A stretch of DNA of 64,000 nucleotides from Squalus acanthias (Eukaryota), in the NCBI GenBank assembly GCA_030390025.1, contig CM059433.1, positions 6,014,001-6,078,000 on the forward strand, written 5' to 3'. Of the stretch, positions 63,822 to 64,000 are shown piece after piece. Both the position numbers and the translations under genes were made by a program. A model generated the notes under the pieces. The model had not been told where the DNA came from. It saw only the letters and a list, made by a program, of their open reading frames with translations, and did no database searches. Numbering within the stretch: position 1 is the stretch's first letter; every line of letters starts with the position of its first letter.

Positions 63822-64000
63822 TTTTATAATTCTCAGCAAGAACCCACTCCTCTCCAATACTCCCTCCACACTTCTACATGAACCTTCAAATGCGATGTGG
63901 CCAAGGCTGCTTTAAATATCCCCGCTGGAAATGAGTCATCGATGACATCATCAGACCCTATTTAAAAGGGCAGGGAAACGCGCATGCCTGCTTTAATAGG

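Overview
This is vertebrate genomic DNA, and the repeat families point to a cartilaginous fish such as a shark (inference). It is dominated by transposable elements: CR1, L2 and RTE LINEs, a DeuSINE, PIF/Harbinger remnants and MITEs, a solo LTR and several Penelope-like elements (PLEs). It also holds several G/C-skewed minisatellites. I can build one intact host gene by hand: a 4-exon, 199-aa SOUL/HEBP2-family gene on + (CDS 23321-23452, 25495-25624, 26560-26734, 36347-36509). It has a TATA box and an N-terminal signal-peptide-like stretch. Its third intron carries a young, intact PLE (32415-36170) with a 916-aa RT+GIY-YIG ORF, a 14-bp TSD, 412-bp inverted terminal arms and minimal hammerhead ribozymes. 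The 5' junction of that PLE falls within 1 nt of the predicted ribozyme cleavage site. Other notable items are a short telomeric-repeat patch inside another PLE copy, a microhomology-flanked inversion that scrambles a PLE and its TSD, an intron-containing tRNA-Tyr pseudogene, four Harbinger Myb/SANT gene relics, and duplicated unique segments suggesting a decayed local gene cluster. All calls are by eye, with no database searches; most repeat boundaries are approximate.
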